A DNA stretch of 64,000 nucleotides from an uncultured Sphingomonas sp. (GCA_963521395.1 CAUQTY010000005.1:115354-179353), one strand, 5' to 3'. Counted from the stretch's first letter, positions 38,835-49,088 are shown. Numbers and translations: made by a program. Notes: generated from the sequence alone by a model not told the origin.

Positions 38835-40175
38835 TCAGTCACCTCGGAGAGACAAGCTGGCGGTCAGACCTTCGCTCGCGCGATTGCTCAGGCGCAGGGT
38901 TCCGCCATGTGCCTCCGCGACGGCTTTGGCGATCGCCAGTCCGAGGCCGGCACCACCGGTCTCCCGGCTGCGTGAGCGCTCCAGGCGTTTGAAAGGCTCC
39001 ATGACGTCGGCAAGTTCGGCCTCTGCTATCCCCGGGCCATCATCGTCGATCTCGATCGCTGGACCATTCACCACGCGGACTCGGGCGCGCCGGCCGTAGC
39101 GCAGGGCATTGTCGATGAGGTTGCGAACGGCGCGGCGTAGGAGGTTGGGTTGAATGTCCGCGACATGGGCCGCGCCCGCTTCGAAGCTGACGTCGCAGCC
39201 TCGCTCGCGATAATCTTCCACGATGGCGTCGATGAGCGCCGTCACGTTCATGGCGCGGCTTTCTTCTCGGTTCCGGCCAGTGCGAGCCAGCACGAGAATG
39301 TCCTCTAACATGGCCGCCGTCTCTTCCACCGTGCTGATCAGCCGGTCGCGTTCGCTCGCCGGCTCCATGTTCTCGGCGCGAATCCGGATGGAGGCGAGCG
39401 GAGTGCGGAGATCGTGGCCGATGGCGCCCAGCATGCGGTCCTTCTCGTTCAGCAAGCTGGAGAGGCGAGTGTTCATGGCATTGAAGGCCTCAACTGCGCG
39501 CCGAATGTCGGCAGGCCCGCGCGGTTCGACGTTGACCGGTTCGCTTCGCCCGTGGAAGCTTTCAGCCGCCACCGTCAGGTCACGCACGGGGCGGACGATC
39601 CGCCGCGCGATCCACCATGTCGCGGCAAGAACCAAAGCATAAAGGACAAGGGTTGCCGCCAGCAGTCGCGCGATCAGCCAGGGATCGCTGCGCGGTGCAT
39701 CCAACCGGCCGTTCAGCCAAACGCCGCTTGGCAATTTGGCCGCCAGTAGCAGCACCTGCCGTTCGCCACGCCGCTGGTGAAGTCGGCGGTCGCGGCCCCC
39801 TGGAGCAAAGCGGCCGACGTCTATGGTCTTGGCCGCTCGGACTTGGCTGGCCGAAATGCCCGCGTCCGCCAGCGCAGTGGCAACACGCCCTTCCACTTCG
39901 GGGCTGCGTTCCAGTCCCACCCGGTCGGTAAGAGCTTCGTCGGCGAACGTGAAGTTGGCGCCCCGACCAGCTCGAGGCGGCACCAGGCCTGTGCCGCTGG
40001 CATGTACCGCAGCCTGCACGAATCGGCTGATTGCCGGCCCTTCGTTCTGGGCGAGGCTAAGCTTCTGCTGTTCATTGAGAACGAAGGCGAAGTTCACTGC
40101 CTGAGCCAGAAGCAGCGCCAGCCCGATGAGCAGCAGCATCTGCCCGAGCAGGCTTCTGGGAACGCGAGGGGTCAC
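38835..40175 (-). CDS. EnvZ/CpxA-like sensor histidine kinase
   Basis: Two TM segments; HAMP; IGHDLRTPL; NLIDNALRY; DDGPG; GAGLGL. Confidence 0.93.
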   Translation of the reverse strand: MTPRVPRSLLGQMLLLIGLALLLAQAVNFAFVLNEQQKLSLAQNEGPAISRFVQAAVHASGTGLVPPRAGRGANFTFADEALTDRVGLERSPEVEGRVATALADAGISASQVRAAKTIDVGRFAPGGRDRRLHQRRGERQVLLLAAKLPSGVWLNGRLDAPRSDPWLIARLLAATLVLYALVLAATWWIARRIVRPVRDLTVAAESFHGRSEPVNVEPRGPADIRRAVEAFNAMNTRLSSLLNEKDRMLGAIGHDLRTPLASIRIRAENMEPASERDRLISTVEETAAMLEDILVLARTGRNREESRAMNVTALIDAIVEDYRERGCDVSFEAGAAHVADIQPNLLRRAVRNLIDNALRYGRRARVRVVNGPAIEIDDDGPGIAEAELADVMEPFKRLERSRSRETGGAGLGLAIAKAVAEAHGGTLRLSNRASEGLTASLSLRGD

Positions 40176-40894
40176 AGTCGCCGCACTTCGGCGGCAAAGG
40201 TGTAACCGCCGCCCCAGACGGTCTTAATCAGCGCCGGCGCCTTGGGATCCGCTTCAATCTTGCGCCGCAGACGGCTGATCTGATTGTCGATGCTGCGCTC
40301 AAAGGCCGCAAGTTCGCGGCCCTGGGTCAGGTCTAGCAACTGGTCACGGGTGAGCACCCGGCGCGGGTGTGTAACGAAGGCCAGGAGCAAATTAAATTCG
40401 CCCGTGGACAACGGCACCGCCACGCCTTGCCGGTCGACGAGCTCCCGCTCTCCGGTTCGGAGCACCCAGTCGGCAAAGCCATAAGCCTCGGCATCGGGGC
40501 CCCTGACCTGCGCGGCAGGCTCGCCGGCACGGCGGAGTACCGCTTTCACTCGGGCCAGCAGCTCGCGCGGGCTGAACGGCTTGGTGACATAATCGTCGGC
40601 CCCAATCTCGAGTCCGACAATGCGATCGGTCTCCTCGGCACGGGCGGTCAGGAGGATGACGGGCACGTTGCTGGTCGCCCGGATGAAAGAAGTAAGCGAC
40701 AGCCCATCCTCGCCCGGCATCATCACGTCGAGTAAAACAAGATCGATGGCATAGGCAGCGAGGATTTGCCGTGCTTCGTCGGCGTCAGCCGCCTTGGATA
40801 CGCGCATGCCGCTGCGAGCCAGATATTGAGAAAGCGGCTCGCGGATGTCGCGCTCGTCGTCGACCAGCAGCAGGTGAGGTTCCTTGTCGCTCAT
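40172..40894 (-). CDS. OmpR-family response regulator
   Basis: MSDKEPHLLLVDD; LDVMMPG; KPFSPREL; IDNQISRLRRK; TVWGGGY. Confidence 0.93.
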   Translation of the reverse strand: MSDKEPHLLLVDDERDIREPLSQYLARSGMRVSKAADADEARQILAAYAIDLVLLDVMMPGEDGLSLTSFIRATSNVPVILLTARAEETDRIVGLEIGADDYVTKPFSPRELLARVKAVLRRAGEPAAQVRGPDAEAYGFADWVLRTGERELVDRQGVAVPLSTGEFNLLLAFVTHPRRVLTRDQLLDLTQGRELAAFERSIDNQISRLRRKIEADPKAPALIKTVWGGGYTFAAEVRRL

Positions 40895-40964
40895 GGCTGT
40901 GAAGCGATTGGTCCTTTCAATTGGTTCGGCGGACGGCAGGCGTTCACCTGCCGTCCGCCCTACG

Positions 40965-41522
40965 TCAATGGCGACCGCCGCCCCATCCACCCCGGCCGTG
41001 CGGCGCCGCCTTGAGCTCCGCCGCGCTGACCGTACCATCACGATTGGCGTCGATCAGCATGTAGCGGGTCGCCATGCCGCGCCGGAACTCGGCAAAGCTG
41101 ATCGCGCCGTTGCCGTCGAAGTCGAAACGGAGAGGCGCCGCAGCCGGAGCTTGCGCGGGCTGCACACCCTGATTGGGCTGAGCCGCCGCCGCCGCAGCAG
41201 CCGCCGCCGGAGCGGGTTGCGGCCGATCCGGGCCCCGCTCGCCGCGTCCACCGCCGTGCCGGCCTGCCTTGCGCTCGCCCCGGCCCTCGTTGGCCAGTGC
41301 CAGTTCCGCGCCGGTCAGGTTGCCGTCGTTATTCACGTCAAAGGCGGTGAAACGCTGCCGCGCGGCCTGGTCGATCTCCGCCGTAGTGATCTGCCCATCG
41401 CCGTTGAGATCGCCCGGGTGCCCGTGCCGTCCGTCCGGCGCCCCGACCGCCAGCGCTGCTGCCGCCGCGAGCAGGGCAACACCGCCACCGGCGCTGATCA
41501 GTAGCTTCTTTCTATTCGCCAT
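40965..41522 (-). CDS. Secreted EF-hand protein
   Basis: AAGGAAG RBS then MANRKK; four DxNxDG-type loops (DLNGDGQIT, DVNNDGNLT, DFDGNGAIS, DANRDGTVS). Confidence 0.88.
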   Translation of the reverse strand: MANRKKLLISAGGGVALLAAAAALAVGAPDGRHGHPGDLNGDGQITTAEIDQAARQRFTAFDVNNDGNLTGAELALANEGRGERKAGRHGGGRGERGPDRPQPAPAAAAAAAAAQPNQGVQPAQAPAAAPLRFDFDGNGAISFAEFRRGMATRYMLIDANRDGTVSAAELKAAPHGRGGWGGGRH

Positions 41523-41610
41523 GGAGTCTTCCTTTGTAAGGTCCGCCACTGGGGCGTGGGCTCCATTTGTGGCCAAGCTGTGCCGTAGCTATGTCCGGCG
41601 AGGCTCGATT

Positions 41611-41699
41611 TTGTCGCAAATTGTATCGGGAGAACTTGGAAAGGCTCGGATACAAATTGCGACCATTTGCCCTCTCGACCGCGATAGGCCTGCGACAAA
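41611..41699. promoter_or_regulatory. Putative OmpR-type boxes in a divergent promoter
   Basis: GTCGCAAATTGTATC (41613) and GATACAAATTGCGAC (41649) are near-perfect inverted copies; extra TGCGACAAA at 41691. Confidence 0.55.
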
Positions 41700-41755
41700 G
41701 GGGCCCCAATTTCTCCTCAACGCCAACACATCGGCGTCACCAAAGGAGAAGTCCC

Positions 41756-42109
41756 ATGAAGAAGTTTATTCTCGCCGCTGTGGCAGCCTCGACCCTGTTT
41801 TCTGGCACCGCAATGGCTGCTCCCTACCAGCGCGGCGACGATCGTGGCCCCGTCGAGTATCGGCAGGACCATCGCGGTCACCAGCAGGTTCAGGTTAGGA
41901 AGGTGAAGCAGGTCACCACCCGGCAGTTCCGTCGCGGCGACCGGTTCGACCAGCGCTACGCCCGCAACTACCGCGAGATCCGCAGTCCGCGCGCCTACAA
42001 CCTGCGCCAGCCCGCACGTGGCTATCGCTGGGTCCAGAATGGCGATGACGCGCTGCTCGTGGGAATCACCAGTGGGATCATCGCCGCAATCGTGGCGAAT
42101 GCATTCTAA
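41756..42109 (+). CDS. RcnB-family periplasmic protein
   Basis: AAGGAG RBS; signal peptide; FRRGDR..YNLRQPARGYRWVQNGDDALLVGITSGII. Confidence 0.85.
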   Translation: MKKFILAAVAASTLFSGTAMAAPYQRGDDRGPVEYRQDHRGHQQVQVRKVKQVTTRQFRRGDRFDQRYARNYREIRSPRAYNLRQPARGYRWVQNGDDALLVGITSGIIAAIVANAF

Positions 42110-42116
42110 GTGGTGA

Positions 42117-42149
42117 AGTGGCTCCGGAGCTTAGGCCTCCGGAGCCACT
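42117..42149 (+). terminator. Hairpin after the rcnB-like gene
   Basis: AGTGGCTCCGGAG / CTCCGGAGCCACT, 13-bp stem; weak U-tract. Confidence 0.5.
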
Positions 42150-42285
42150 CCTGAATCGGATTCCGGTTCAGCGGCGCATTCCCATGTGATCCAAACGCAA
42201 GTCACCATCATAAGCTTGGTGAGAGGCTTCAAAAAGCGCACGATTGCTGCCCGGAACCTGCATCTAGCGGAAACGCTTCACCGAC

Positions 42286-43374
42286 ATGAATCAGCAAAGT
42301 CCCTTACGCCTTGCGACCGTGGTGCTTACGCTTCTTACCTGCGCTTGCTCGCGTGGAATGGAAGAGGGAGAGACGGTCGACCTCGCCATCAAGCAGAACA
42401 TCAAGGTCGATCCGGCCGACGCTACTGGGCAGGCGATCACGGCGGCAGCCAGCGCTTTCCTAGCCACGCTGAGCGACGCACAGCGCAAAGCGGTTGTCTT
42501 CCCGTTCACGGACAATGCTCAGCGCGCCAAATGGTCGAACTTTCCGAGCGGCATCTTTCCGCGCGCCGGGTTGAGACGGGGCGACCTCAACGCGCAGCAG
42601 AGTGCGACTCTCGATCGGCTCCTGTCGCTGGTCCTGAGTGACAAGGGCCTGCGGAATGCGAGGCTGCAGATGGCGGCCGATGATGCCTTGAAAGCTTCGG
42701 AGTCGGGGAGCGGTGGCCCCGCGCCTGATTTTGGAAGCGCCAACTACAACGTCTCGTTCCTTGGTGTCCCCAGCAACGACCGGCCGTGGATGCTGCAGTT
42801 TGGCGGCCATCACCTTGCCATCAACGTCACCTTTGCCGGGTCACGCGCTTCCTTCTCGCCCATGCTGACGGGCGGCCAGCCACTGACGGTAAACTTCAAC
42901 GATCAGAAGACCTACATCACGAAGGAGGAAGTGGACGCAGCCCGCGCGCTCCTCGCAAGTCTCAATCCCGAGCAGAAGACAGCGGCGGTTCGCGGCCCGA
43001 CCGCCATCCAGCTAGTGCTCGGTCCCGGCGAATATGGAACGACTATTGCACCCGAGGGTGTGCGTGCGTCGGCGATGACGGATGTTCAGAAGCAGTTGCT
43101 GCTCAACCTTATCCAGGCCCGTATCGGACAGCTCAACGCTCGCGACGCCTCTGCAAAGATGGCCGAGGCGCGGCAGAATCTCTCCAACACCTACTTCGGC
43201 TGGTGGGGTCCGGAGCAGCCATATGGCGCCGCTTACTATCGTATCACGGCCCCGCATCTGGTGCTGGAATATAGTCCGCAGAAAATGGGCGATGACGATC
43301 CGACCGAACATGCGCACAACATGTACCGTGATCCGACGAACGATTACGGCTCGGCCTGGATCAAGGCACAGTGA
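42286..43374 (+). CDS. DUF3500 domain protein (probably exported)
   Basis: WSNFP..RAGL; PWMLQFGGHHLAINVT; YYRI; HAHNMYRDPTNDYG. Confidence 0.82.
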   Translation: MNQQSPLRLATVVLTLLTCACSRGMEEGETVDLAIKQNIKVDPADATGQAITAAASAFLATLSDAQRKAVVFPFTDNAQRAKWSNFPSGIFPRAGLRRGDLNAQQSATLDRLLSLVLSDKGLRNARLQMAADDALKASESGSGGPAPDFGSANYNVSFLGVPSNDRPWMLQFGGHHLAINVTFAGSRASFSPMLTGGQPLTVNFNDQKTYITKEEVDAARALLASLNPEQKTAAVRGPTAIQLVLGPGEYGTTIAPEGVRASAMTDVQKQLLLNLIQARIGQLNARDASAKMAEARQNLSNTYFGWWGPEQPYGAAYYRITAPHLVLEYSPQKMGDDDPTEHAHNMYRDPTNDYGSAWIKAQ

Positions 43375-43916
43375 GGCTCAACTATCTCGTTCTTGCCATT
43401 GCGATAGTGGTTGCTGGTCCCATCGCCGCTCACCCGCACGCAACGATTGATCAGCAGGCCATCCTCTCAATCGACCGCAATTCTCTGGTCATCGATTATC
43501 GGGTGCTGCCGTCGTTCAAGGATGGAGCGCATATGTTCGACCACCTCGACACCAACGGCGATCACGTCCTCGACAATGGAGAGAAGCGGGCGTTCGCCGC
43601 CGCGCTGCTTCGGTCTACTAGCGTTGTCGTGGACGGGAAAAAGGCGCCACTGCAACTACAGAACGTCTCGACACCGACCCGCCAGGTAATGGCGCGGGGT
43701 GCAGGGCTCGTGCTTATCAGAGCACGATCAGCCATTCGGCTGACGCCAAGCCAGGCGCACAGGCTTGCCATCGACATCCGCTACGCGCGCTTCAAGAACG
43801 GCTGGTTTATTCAGCCCTTCTACGGCCGAGTTCTGAGCAAGGGGCCAGCGCCGGAACTGCATCGGTCTTCGTCAGGTTCGGCCCTGACGATACGGGTTCC
43901 CTCGGATACTCAATGA
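43371..43916 (+). CDS. Exported hypothetical protein with an EF-hand-like loop
   Basis: Signal peptide ending AHPH; DTNGDHVLDNGE; GTGA coupling. Confidence 0.65.
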   Translation: MRLNYLVLAIAIVVAGPIAAHPHATIDQQAILSIDRNSLVIDYRVLPSFKDGAHMFDHLDTNGDHVLDNGEKRAFAAALLRSTSVVVDGKKAPLQLQNVSTPTRQVMARGAGLVLIRARSAIRLTPSQAHRLAIDIRYARFKNGWFIQPFYGRVLSKGPAPELHRSSSGSALTIRVPSDTQ

Positions 43917-44057
43917 AGGCGCCGCTCGGGTCAGAGCAGCAGCCCATCTTCCGCTCCCATTGCTTACTCTGTGTCCGATTGTGTCAGTTCGAACATTAAG
44001 TCGTGCGGTTCACGGCATAACGGATGACCTCACTCCGGCAGAGTAGAGGCTATATCC

Positions 44058-44576
44058 ATGGAAATCGTGTTGGCAGCTTTGCTGATGTTCCAGACAAGTA
44101 GCACGGCTGCACCTGCCGCCGATGCCGCAGAGAGTGCTGCGCCTGTTCAAGGTCCTTCCGAGCCTCGTTCGCTGCGGACCAAAGTCGCTTCAGCCGTGCC
44201 TGACCCTTGCCGGCGGGGTGTGGTTGAGCCTGGGGTTATCCTCGTTTGCGGCAAGCGCGACGATTACCGGATTGATCCGGACGTGCTGAAAGCACAGCGG
44301 CTGCTCCATAATCAGGTGAAGCCTAAACCACCTGAACGCTTCGTCGATACCAGCTGTCAGGTCGTTGGGGTAATGGGCTGCATCAACAAGCCGACGGTCA
44401 ACGTGTTGCAGGCGATCAGCACCGGCGCTGCAATGGCCAAGGCGCTGGTCAACGGCGACAATGTCGGCAAACTATTCATCACCGACCGCGAACTGAGCGA
44501 ATATGAGCTCTACCAACAAGCCAAGCGCGACCGCGAAGAGAAGGAGCTGGGCTCGGCGGACCTGAGCGGGCAGTGA
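44058..44576 (+). CDS. Hypothetical exported protein
   Basis: GAGG RBS; C..GVILVCGKRDDYRIDP motif of a kind common in sphingomonad hypotheticals. Confidence 0.6.
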   Translation: MEIVLAALLMFQTSSTAAPAADAAESAAPVQGPSEPRSLRTKVASAVPDPCRRGVVEPGVILVCGKRDDYRIDPDVLKAQRLLHNQVKPKPPERFVDTSCQVVGVMGCINKPTVNVLQAISTGAAMAKALVNGDNVGKLFITDRELSEYELYQQAKRDREEKELGSADLSGQ

Positions 44577-44647
44577 TCAAGAAAAGAGAGGCAAGGATTT
44601 TCGCCGCTCTTCGATTGGTCCGTAACTGCGCATTCGATCCGACCTTT

Positions 44648-45733
44648 TCAGGCGGATCTCCTTCGTCGCCGGTTCCACCACATCAGGACGCCCGTAACCG
44701 CCAGCGCGGCTGGAATGAGGCCCCCGAAGAAGATGATGATCTGCCACAAGGTGCCGGTGCCGGTGCCATCGTGAATACGCCGCATCAGCCGCAACGTGGT
44801 CTCCGACTGTTCAGGCTCGGGCGGCGTGACGGTGCCGCTTCGGTCATCGACGACGACTGTGATCAGTCCGTCTTCGCCGTCGAAGCTCAGCTTCCAGTCG
44901 CCCTCGTTGACGGACGGCCAGCTGATCACCCGAAGGTTGCCGGATGCAATCGGATGAGCAAGTGCCAATGCCTGGCTGGGCTCAAGACGCGGGTAAACCA
45001 GGGGTAATGCCGCCATTCGCCGCATCCGTTCGGCCTGGCCTGCCCCAGCCGGCTCTCCGACGATTGAGGCGAAAAAGGCGGGGAAGCTGATCCAAGTGCC
45101 AGTCAAGGAAAGTACAGTCAGCGGGATCGCAATCCAAAACCCACCCTGGTGATGAAGACGACCGCTTAGATCGGGCGAGCGCCTCCACCGAAAGGCACGA
45201 GACACACGCCCATTCAATGGCCACCATAGCCAGAGTCCGGACAACGAAGAAAAGAGCATGGCAACTCCGATCCAGCCGACGACCTGGCGGCCGACGCCCG
45301 GAATCATAAGCGTTCCATGAATCATGTGCATGATACGGACCGCGCCTTGGTCGCTGCCGGTGCGCTCAAGCAGGTGGCCGTCGGTTGGATGCAAGTAGAG
45401 AAGCGTTCGAACAGGTCGTCCCCCGCCCTTCGCGCCAGCCTTGGCCACAGTCGCCAGCACCGGACCATTACCTTCGGGCATTGTCAGACTGACAAGCCTT
45501 TCACCCGGCGTTAAATTGCGTCGGGCGGCCTCCGCGTAGAAGCCGGTCGTGAGGTTGGGGCGGGCCTCGGTTTGCCGATCGGGATTAAGGGTTTCGTCCA
45601 CCCAATGGTGCCACACCAGTGCCGATCCGGTGAGACAAATCGGGATCAGCACAACTGCAAGTGACAGTCCCAACCACTTGTGAAGCTGGAACCACAAATG
45701 GCGCAAGCGGCGCGCCCGTGCGCTGACCGCCAT
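44648..45733 (-). CDS. PepSY-associated TM helix protein
   Basis: LHKWLGL; TGSALV; IHGTL; SGLWLWWP; LHHQGG; RRIHDG; start placed at MAVSARARR. Confidence 0.88.
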   Translation of the reverse strand: MAVSARARRLRHLWFQLHKWLGLSLAVVLIPICLTGSALVWHHWVDETLNPDRQTEARPNLTTGFYAEAARRNLTPGERLVSLTMPEGNGPVLATVAKAGAKGGGRPVRTLLYLHPTDGHLLERTGSDQGAVRIMHMIHGTLMIPGVGRQVVGWIGVAMLFSSLSGLWLWWPLNGRVSRAFRWRRSPDLSGRLHHQGGFWIAIPLTVLSLTGTWISFPAFFASIVGEPAGAGQAERMRRMAALPLVYPRLEPSQALALAHPIASGNLRVISWPSVNEGDWKLSFDGEDGLITVVVDDRSGTVTPPEPEQSETTLRLMRRIHDGTGTGTLWQIIIFFGGLIPAALAVTGVLMWWNRRRRRSA

Positions 45734-45734
45734 G

Positions 45735-46025
45735 TCAGCCGCGTACCCGCCACTCAAAGGGATGCGGCGCCTCCCGGAAGGCAAAGCGATCCAGGTGTGT
45801 AGCAACTACGCCGCGCAGGCGCTCGGCCGTGGCTTCGTCATTCGCTAGAATGGTGATCACCAGCTCATCCGTATCGGACTCCAGCGTTGCGACAGCATCG
45901 CCAAATCTAACCACGCCGCGATCATCCCTTTGTTCGACAGAAAGCTTGTGGGACCAGTGCTTGCACAGTTGAGCGACGTACTTGGCAGCATTGCTGGTCG
46001 GAACGTAGGCGACGGTCTCGATCAT
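45735..46025 (-). CDS. DUF2218 domain protein
   Basis: AAKYVAQLCKHWSHK; VVATHLDRFAFRE. Confidence 0.88.
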   Translation of the reverse strand: MIETVAYVPTSNAAKYVAQLCKHWSHKLSVEQRDDRGVVRFGDAVATLESDTDELVITILANDEATAERLRGVVATHLDRFAFREAPHPFEWRVRG

Positions 46026-46147
46026 CTTGACCTCCTTCTAAGTGGTGATCGAAGCAGGCTCTCCGGCGATGCTTCTGCCACGGATTCTTGATCTAAGCGG
46101 GTTGTTCGACGCGGCGCCCCGCCCATTGGAGGGGCGCCCACGTTTGC

Positions 46148-46735
46148 TCAGAAGCGCAGACCAACGCCGGCCAGCACCTCATTCTTGCTCACGTCCTGCT
46201 CGTAATTGGAGTAGCGATACTCGCCCTTCAGGTAGGTATTGGAGCTGAGGCCCTGCTCCACCCCGAGGCCAAGCCGGTAGCCGTCGAGGTTCGTCGCGCT
46301 GCTGAGGCTCACGCCGGCAATGTTGCTGTCTGCGCTAAGACGAAGGTTCGTGTAGCCGGCCTTGCCGTAGAGAAGGGTACGTGGGCCCACCTGAGCGCCG
46401 AGGCGTGCCGAAAAGTCGAAATCGCGGCCTGCATCCAAGCTCGCAGTGTCAGTGCCATTGGTGAAGGTCCGCTTGGCCGTCGACCAGGTCACACCGGCCT
46501 CGACGCCGGCGACCAGTCCCCCGCCAAGTGGAGCGTCATAGCCGATCGAACCACCGAGCGTGACACCCTTAGGGTGAGCACTGTCGCTTGTGCCGAGAGC
46601 GGAGAGATCAAAATCGAGCCGATCAAGCCCGACGGTCACCTCCGCACGGGGTCCGGTGAAGTCGGCGGCAGCGGCGGGAGTGGAGGCAGCGGCAGCAAGG
46701 ATGGCGGCAGCGAACAGTCCGAGGGGGGTCTTCAT
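46148..46735 (-). CDS. Small outer-membrane beta-barrel protein
   Basis: Signal peptide; FTGPRAE; IGYD; LLYGKAGY; KGEYRYSNY; terminal GLRF. Confidence 0.88.
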   Translation of the reverse strand: MKTPLGLFAAAILAAAASTPAAAADFTGPRAEVTVGLDRLDFDLSALGTSDSAHPKGVTLGGSIGYDAPLGGGLVAGVEAGVTWSTAKRTFTNGTDTASLDAGRDFDFSARLGAQVGPRTLLYGKAGYTNLRLSADSNIAGVSLSSATNLDGYRLGLGVEQGLSSNTYLKGEYRYSNYEQDVSKNEVLAGVGLRF

Positions 46736-46881
46736 GGGTCAGGTCCTTCCTGTCTTCTAGGGTCCGACCGCGACAAGGGGGTGGTGCCGCGGCCGGTGGA
46801 CCAGCTTCTGGAGTGGAAAGATCACCGCCGAATGCCGCCTTTGTGTCGCTTCCCGGCAGCGGTGACACAAAGTTGCAGAGG

Positions 46882-48225
46882 TCAGGCGAGCGGAAGCAAA
46901 ACTTCTGCCTTGAGACCACCTTCAGCCCGATTGGATAGGGTGACATCACCGCCGTGCGCCCGCGCTGCGCCCCTCACAATGGCCAGTCCAAGACCGATGC
47001 CGCCGGTAGCGCGATTTCGGCTTCCTTCGGCCCGCCAGAAGGGCTCAAAGGCACGGGCGATTTCCGCTTCGCTGAGGCCTGGGCCTTTGTCGACGACGGT
47101 GACAATAGCCTGGTCGCCGGCTGTTCTGACGGTAACGGAAGCCTGGTTCCCGTAGCTCACCGCATTGCCGATGAGGTTGTTGAACAAGCGCTTGAGCAGC
47201 AGCGCGTCGCCGCGCACGGTCGCAGGCATCGCGCCGTCGAGGTGAACTGGCCGGCCTAGGTCGGCCAAGTCATCGACCAAGCCTTCGACGAGCAGGGCGA
47301 GGTCGATCGGCTCCGATGCTCTCGGCCTTGTCTCGTGCTGAACGAACTCCATCGTCGCCGTGACCATAGCCTGCATCTCGTCGATTTCGCCTTCCGCTCG
47401 GCTACGCATCGGATCGGGAGCATCGGCGAGGTGGAAGCGCAACCGCGCAAGGGGGGTGCGGAGGTCGTGAGCGATGGCGCCAACTACGCCCGTGCGCTCC
47501 AGATGGTAGCGGTTGAGGCGGTCTTGCATCTCGTTCACCGCCTGCGCAGCAAGGCGGATCTCGGCCGGACCCTTGACTGCGACCGGCGCCAGACCGGGTT
47601 CACGGCCCACCCGATCGACAGAGGCTGCGAAGGCGCGAATGGGCAGCGCCAAGGCCCGAGCGAATAGCCACACGACTGGGAGCACGAGGAAGAAGGCAAG
47701 AAGCATCCGCACCGCCGTTGAAAGCTGCCAACTCCATCCGGCATCTGGCCCTTGGCGAACGAGGGAGCGGGTGATCCCGCCGGGCAATCGGGCGGTGACC
47801 ACAAATCCGTTGAAGATGATTGGGTCGAACTCTTCGCGACTGTAGAGACGATGGCCTTCAGCGACTTCACTCGCGATGTGAGCGGGTTCCGATCGCGAAC
47901 CTGAAGTTCGCCGAAATTGTACGTCGGCCGGCGCGACACGGAGGCGCTGCGCCACCGCCTCGCCGATCCAATCATCGACCTGATTAGCGGGCGCTACACG
48001 GAGCGGGGCCTCCACCAATCTGAGGCCACCAACATTCTTGGCAATAGGCAGCTTCTGCAGAAGCCTAGCGACCTCTGACGAGTTCAGCGGCGCGTCGCGT
48101 GGAGGCGTGCGGAGGAAGATGATGGCGAGATTGATCGCTGTCAGCAGCAGGACCGTGCCGGCGGTAAGCGCAAGGGTTCGTCCCAGGATTGTATCAGGCA
48201 GGGCGAACCGCCGGATGCGGCTCAT
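46882..48225 (-). CDS. EnvZ/CpxA-like sensor histidine kinase
   Basis: Two TM segments; HAMP; IAHDLRTPL; NLIGNAVSY; DKGPG; GIGLGL. Confidence 0.93.
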   Translation of the reverse strand: MSRIRRFALPDTILGRTLALTAGTVLLLTAINLAIIFLRTPPRDAPLNSSEVARLLQKLPIAKNVGGLRLVEAPLRVAPANQVDDWIGEAVAQRLRVAPADVQFRRTSGSRSEPAHIASEVAEGHRLYSREEFDPIIFNGFVVTARLPGGITRSLVRQGPDAGWSWQLSTAVRMLLAFFLVLPVVWLFARALALPIRAFAASVDRVGREPGLAPVAVKGPAEIRLAAQAVNEMQDRLNRYHLERTGVVGAIAHDLRTPLARLRFHLADAPDPMRSRAEGEIDEMQAMVTATMEFVQHETRPRASEPIDLALLVEGLVDDLADLGRPVHLDGAMPATVRGDALLLKRLFNNLIGNAVSYGNQASVTVRTAGDQAIVTVVDKGPGLSEAEIARAFEPFWRAEGSRNRATGGIGLGLAIVRGAARAHGGDVTLSNRAEGGLKAEVLLPLA

Positions 48226-48935
48226 CGCCGGGTGACCTTAGGCAGGAACATATAGCCCTCGCCGCGCAGAGTGCGGATGAGCTCTCCATCGCTGCGGCTG
48301 CCGAGCTTGCGGCGAAGCCGGCTGACTTGCGTGTCGACAGCACGATCGAACGAATCGCTGTCAGGCCCGCGTGCATGTTCCAGCAGCTGGTCGCGGCTCA
48401 GAACCCGCTGCGGCCGCTCCACGAGGACCCTCAAGAGGGAGAACTCCCCTTCGGAAAGGGTGATGATCACACCCTCGGGGTCGCGAAGGATCCGGCGAAC
48501 AGCGTCCAGCGTCCAGCCGTCAAACTGGTATGTGGCCGAACGCTCGGCCGCCACCTCGGCAATAGGTTGCTGGCGCCGCAGCACCGCTCTTATTCGCGCT
48601 AGCAGCTCTCGCGGGGAGAAAGGCTTTGGCAGGTAGTCGTCGGCTCCAACTTCAAGTCCTATGATGCGGTCCGTTTCGCTTCCTAGCGCCGACACCATCA
48701 CTATCCCTAGGTCGCGGCGTTGGCTGAGCGACCGGGCAATAGTCAGCCCGTCCTCACCCGGCATCATCACGTCGAGCACGACGATGTCGACCGGTTCGGT
48801 TTCAAGCACCGCTCGCATGGCAGCGCCGCCCTCTGCTTGGCTTACCCTGAAGCCGTGGCTCGCTAGGAAGTCGCTCACCAGCCCTCGCAGGGCCGGATCG
48901 TCGTCGACGACGAGGATATACGCAGTTTCGGTCAT
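48222..48935 (-). CDS. OmpR-family response regulator
   Basis: MTETAYILVVDDD; LDVMMPG; KPFSPREL; VDTQVSRLRRK; TLRGEGY. Confidence 0.93.
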   Translation of the reverse strand: MTETAYILVVDDDPALRGLVSDFLASHGFRVSQAEGGAAMRAVLETEPVDIVVLDVMMPGEDGLTIARSLSQRRDLGIVMVSALGSETDRIIGLEVGADDYLPKPFSPRELLARIRAVLRRQQPIAEVAAERSATYQFDGWTLDAVRRILRDPEGVIITLSEGEFSLLRVLVERPQRVLSRDQLLEHARGPDSDSFDRAVDTQVSRLRRKLGSRSDGELIRTLRGEGYMFLPKVTRR

Positions 48936-48946
48936 GATCAGCTTAT

Positions 48947-49000
48947 TTGTGTCACAAGGTTGCGGCAACGCTATGTCGCTCATGACACATGCTGACACAA
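48947..49000. promoter_or_regulatory. Putative OmpR-type direct-repeat box (GACACA-N4-GACACA)
   Basis: GACACA at 48984 and 48994; the same box reversed at 43970/43980; single sites at 46841-46870. Confidence 0.55.
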
Positions 49001-49088
49001 AGGTAGATCGCTGCGGCACCCGTGCGATCTAGGCTGTCGCCATTTGGTTGCGAATGAGTGTTCCGAGGCGGGGCTAGCGTCCGCTTAG

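Noticed and set aside
40895..41041. Long N-terminal extensions in the ORF track (this response regulator, the ACAD to 25302, the ferredoxin from 38050, the RcnB-like gene from 41567)
   Set aside because: They overlap neighbouring genes or promoters; internal ATGs with an RBS or ATGA coupling match the family starts better
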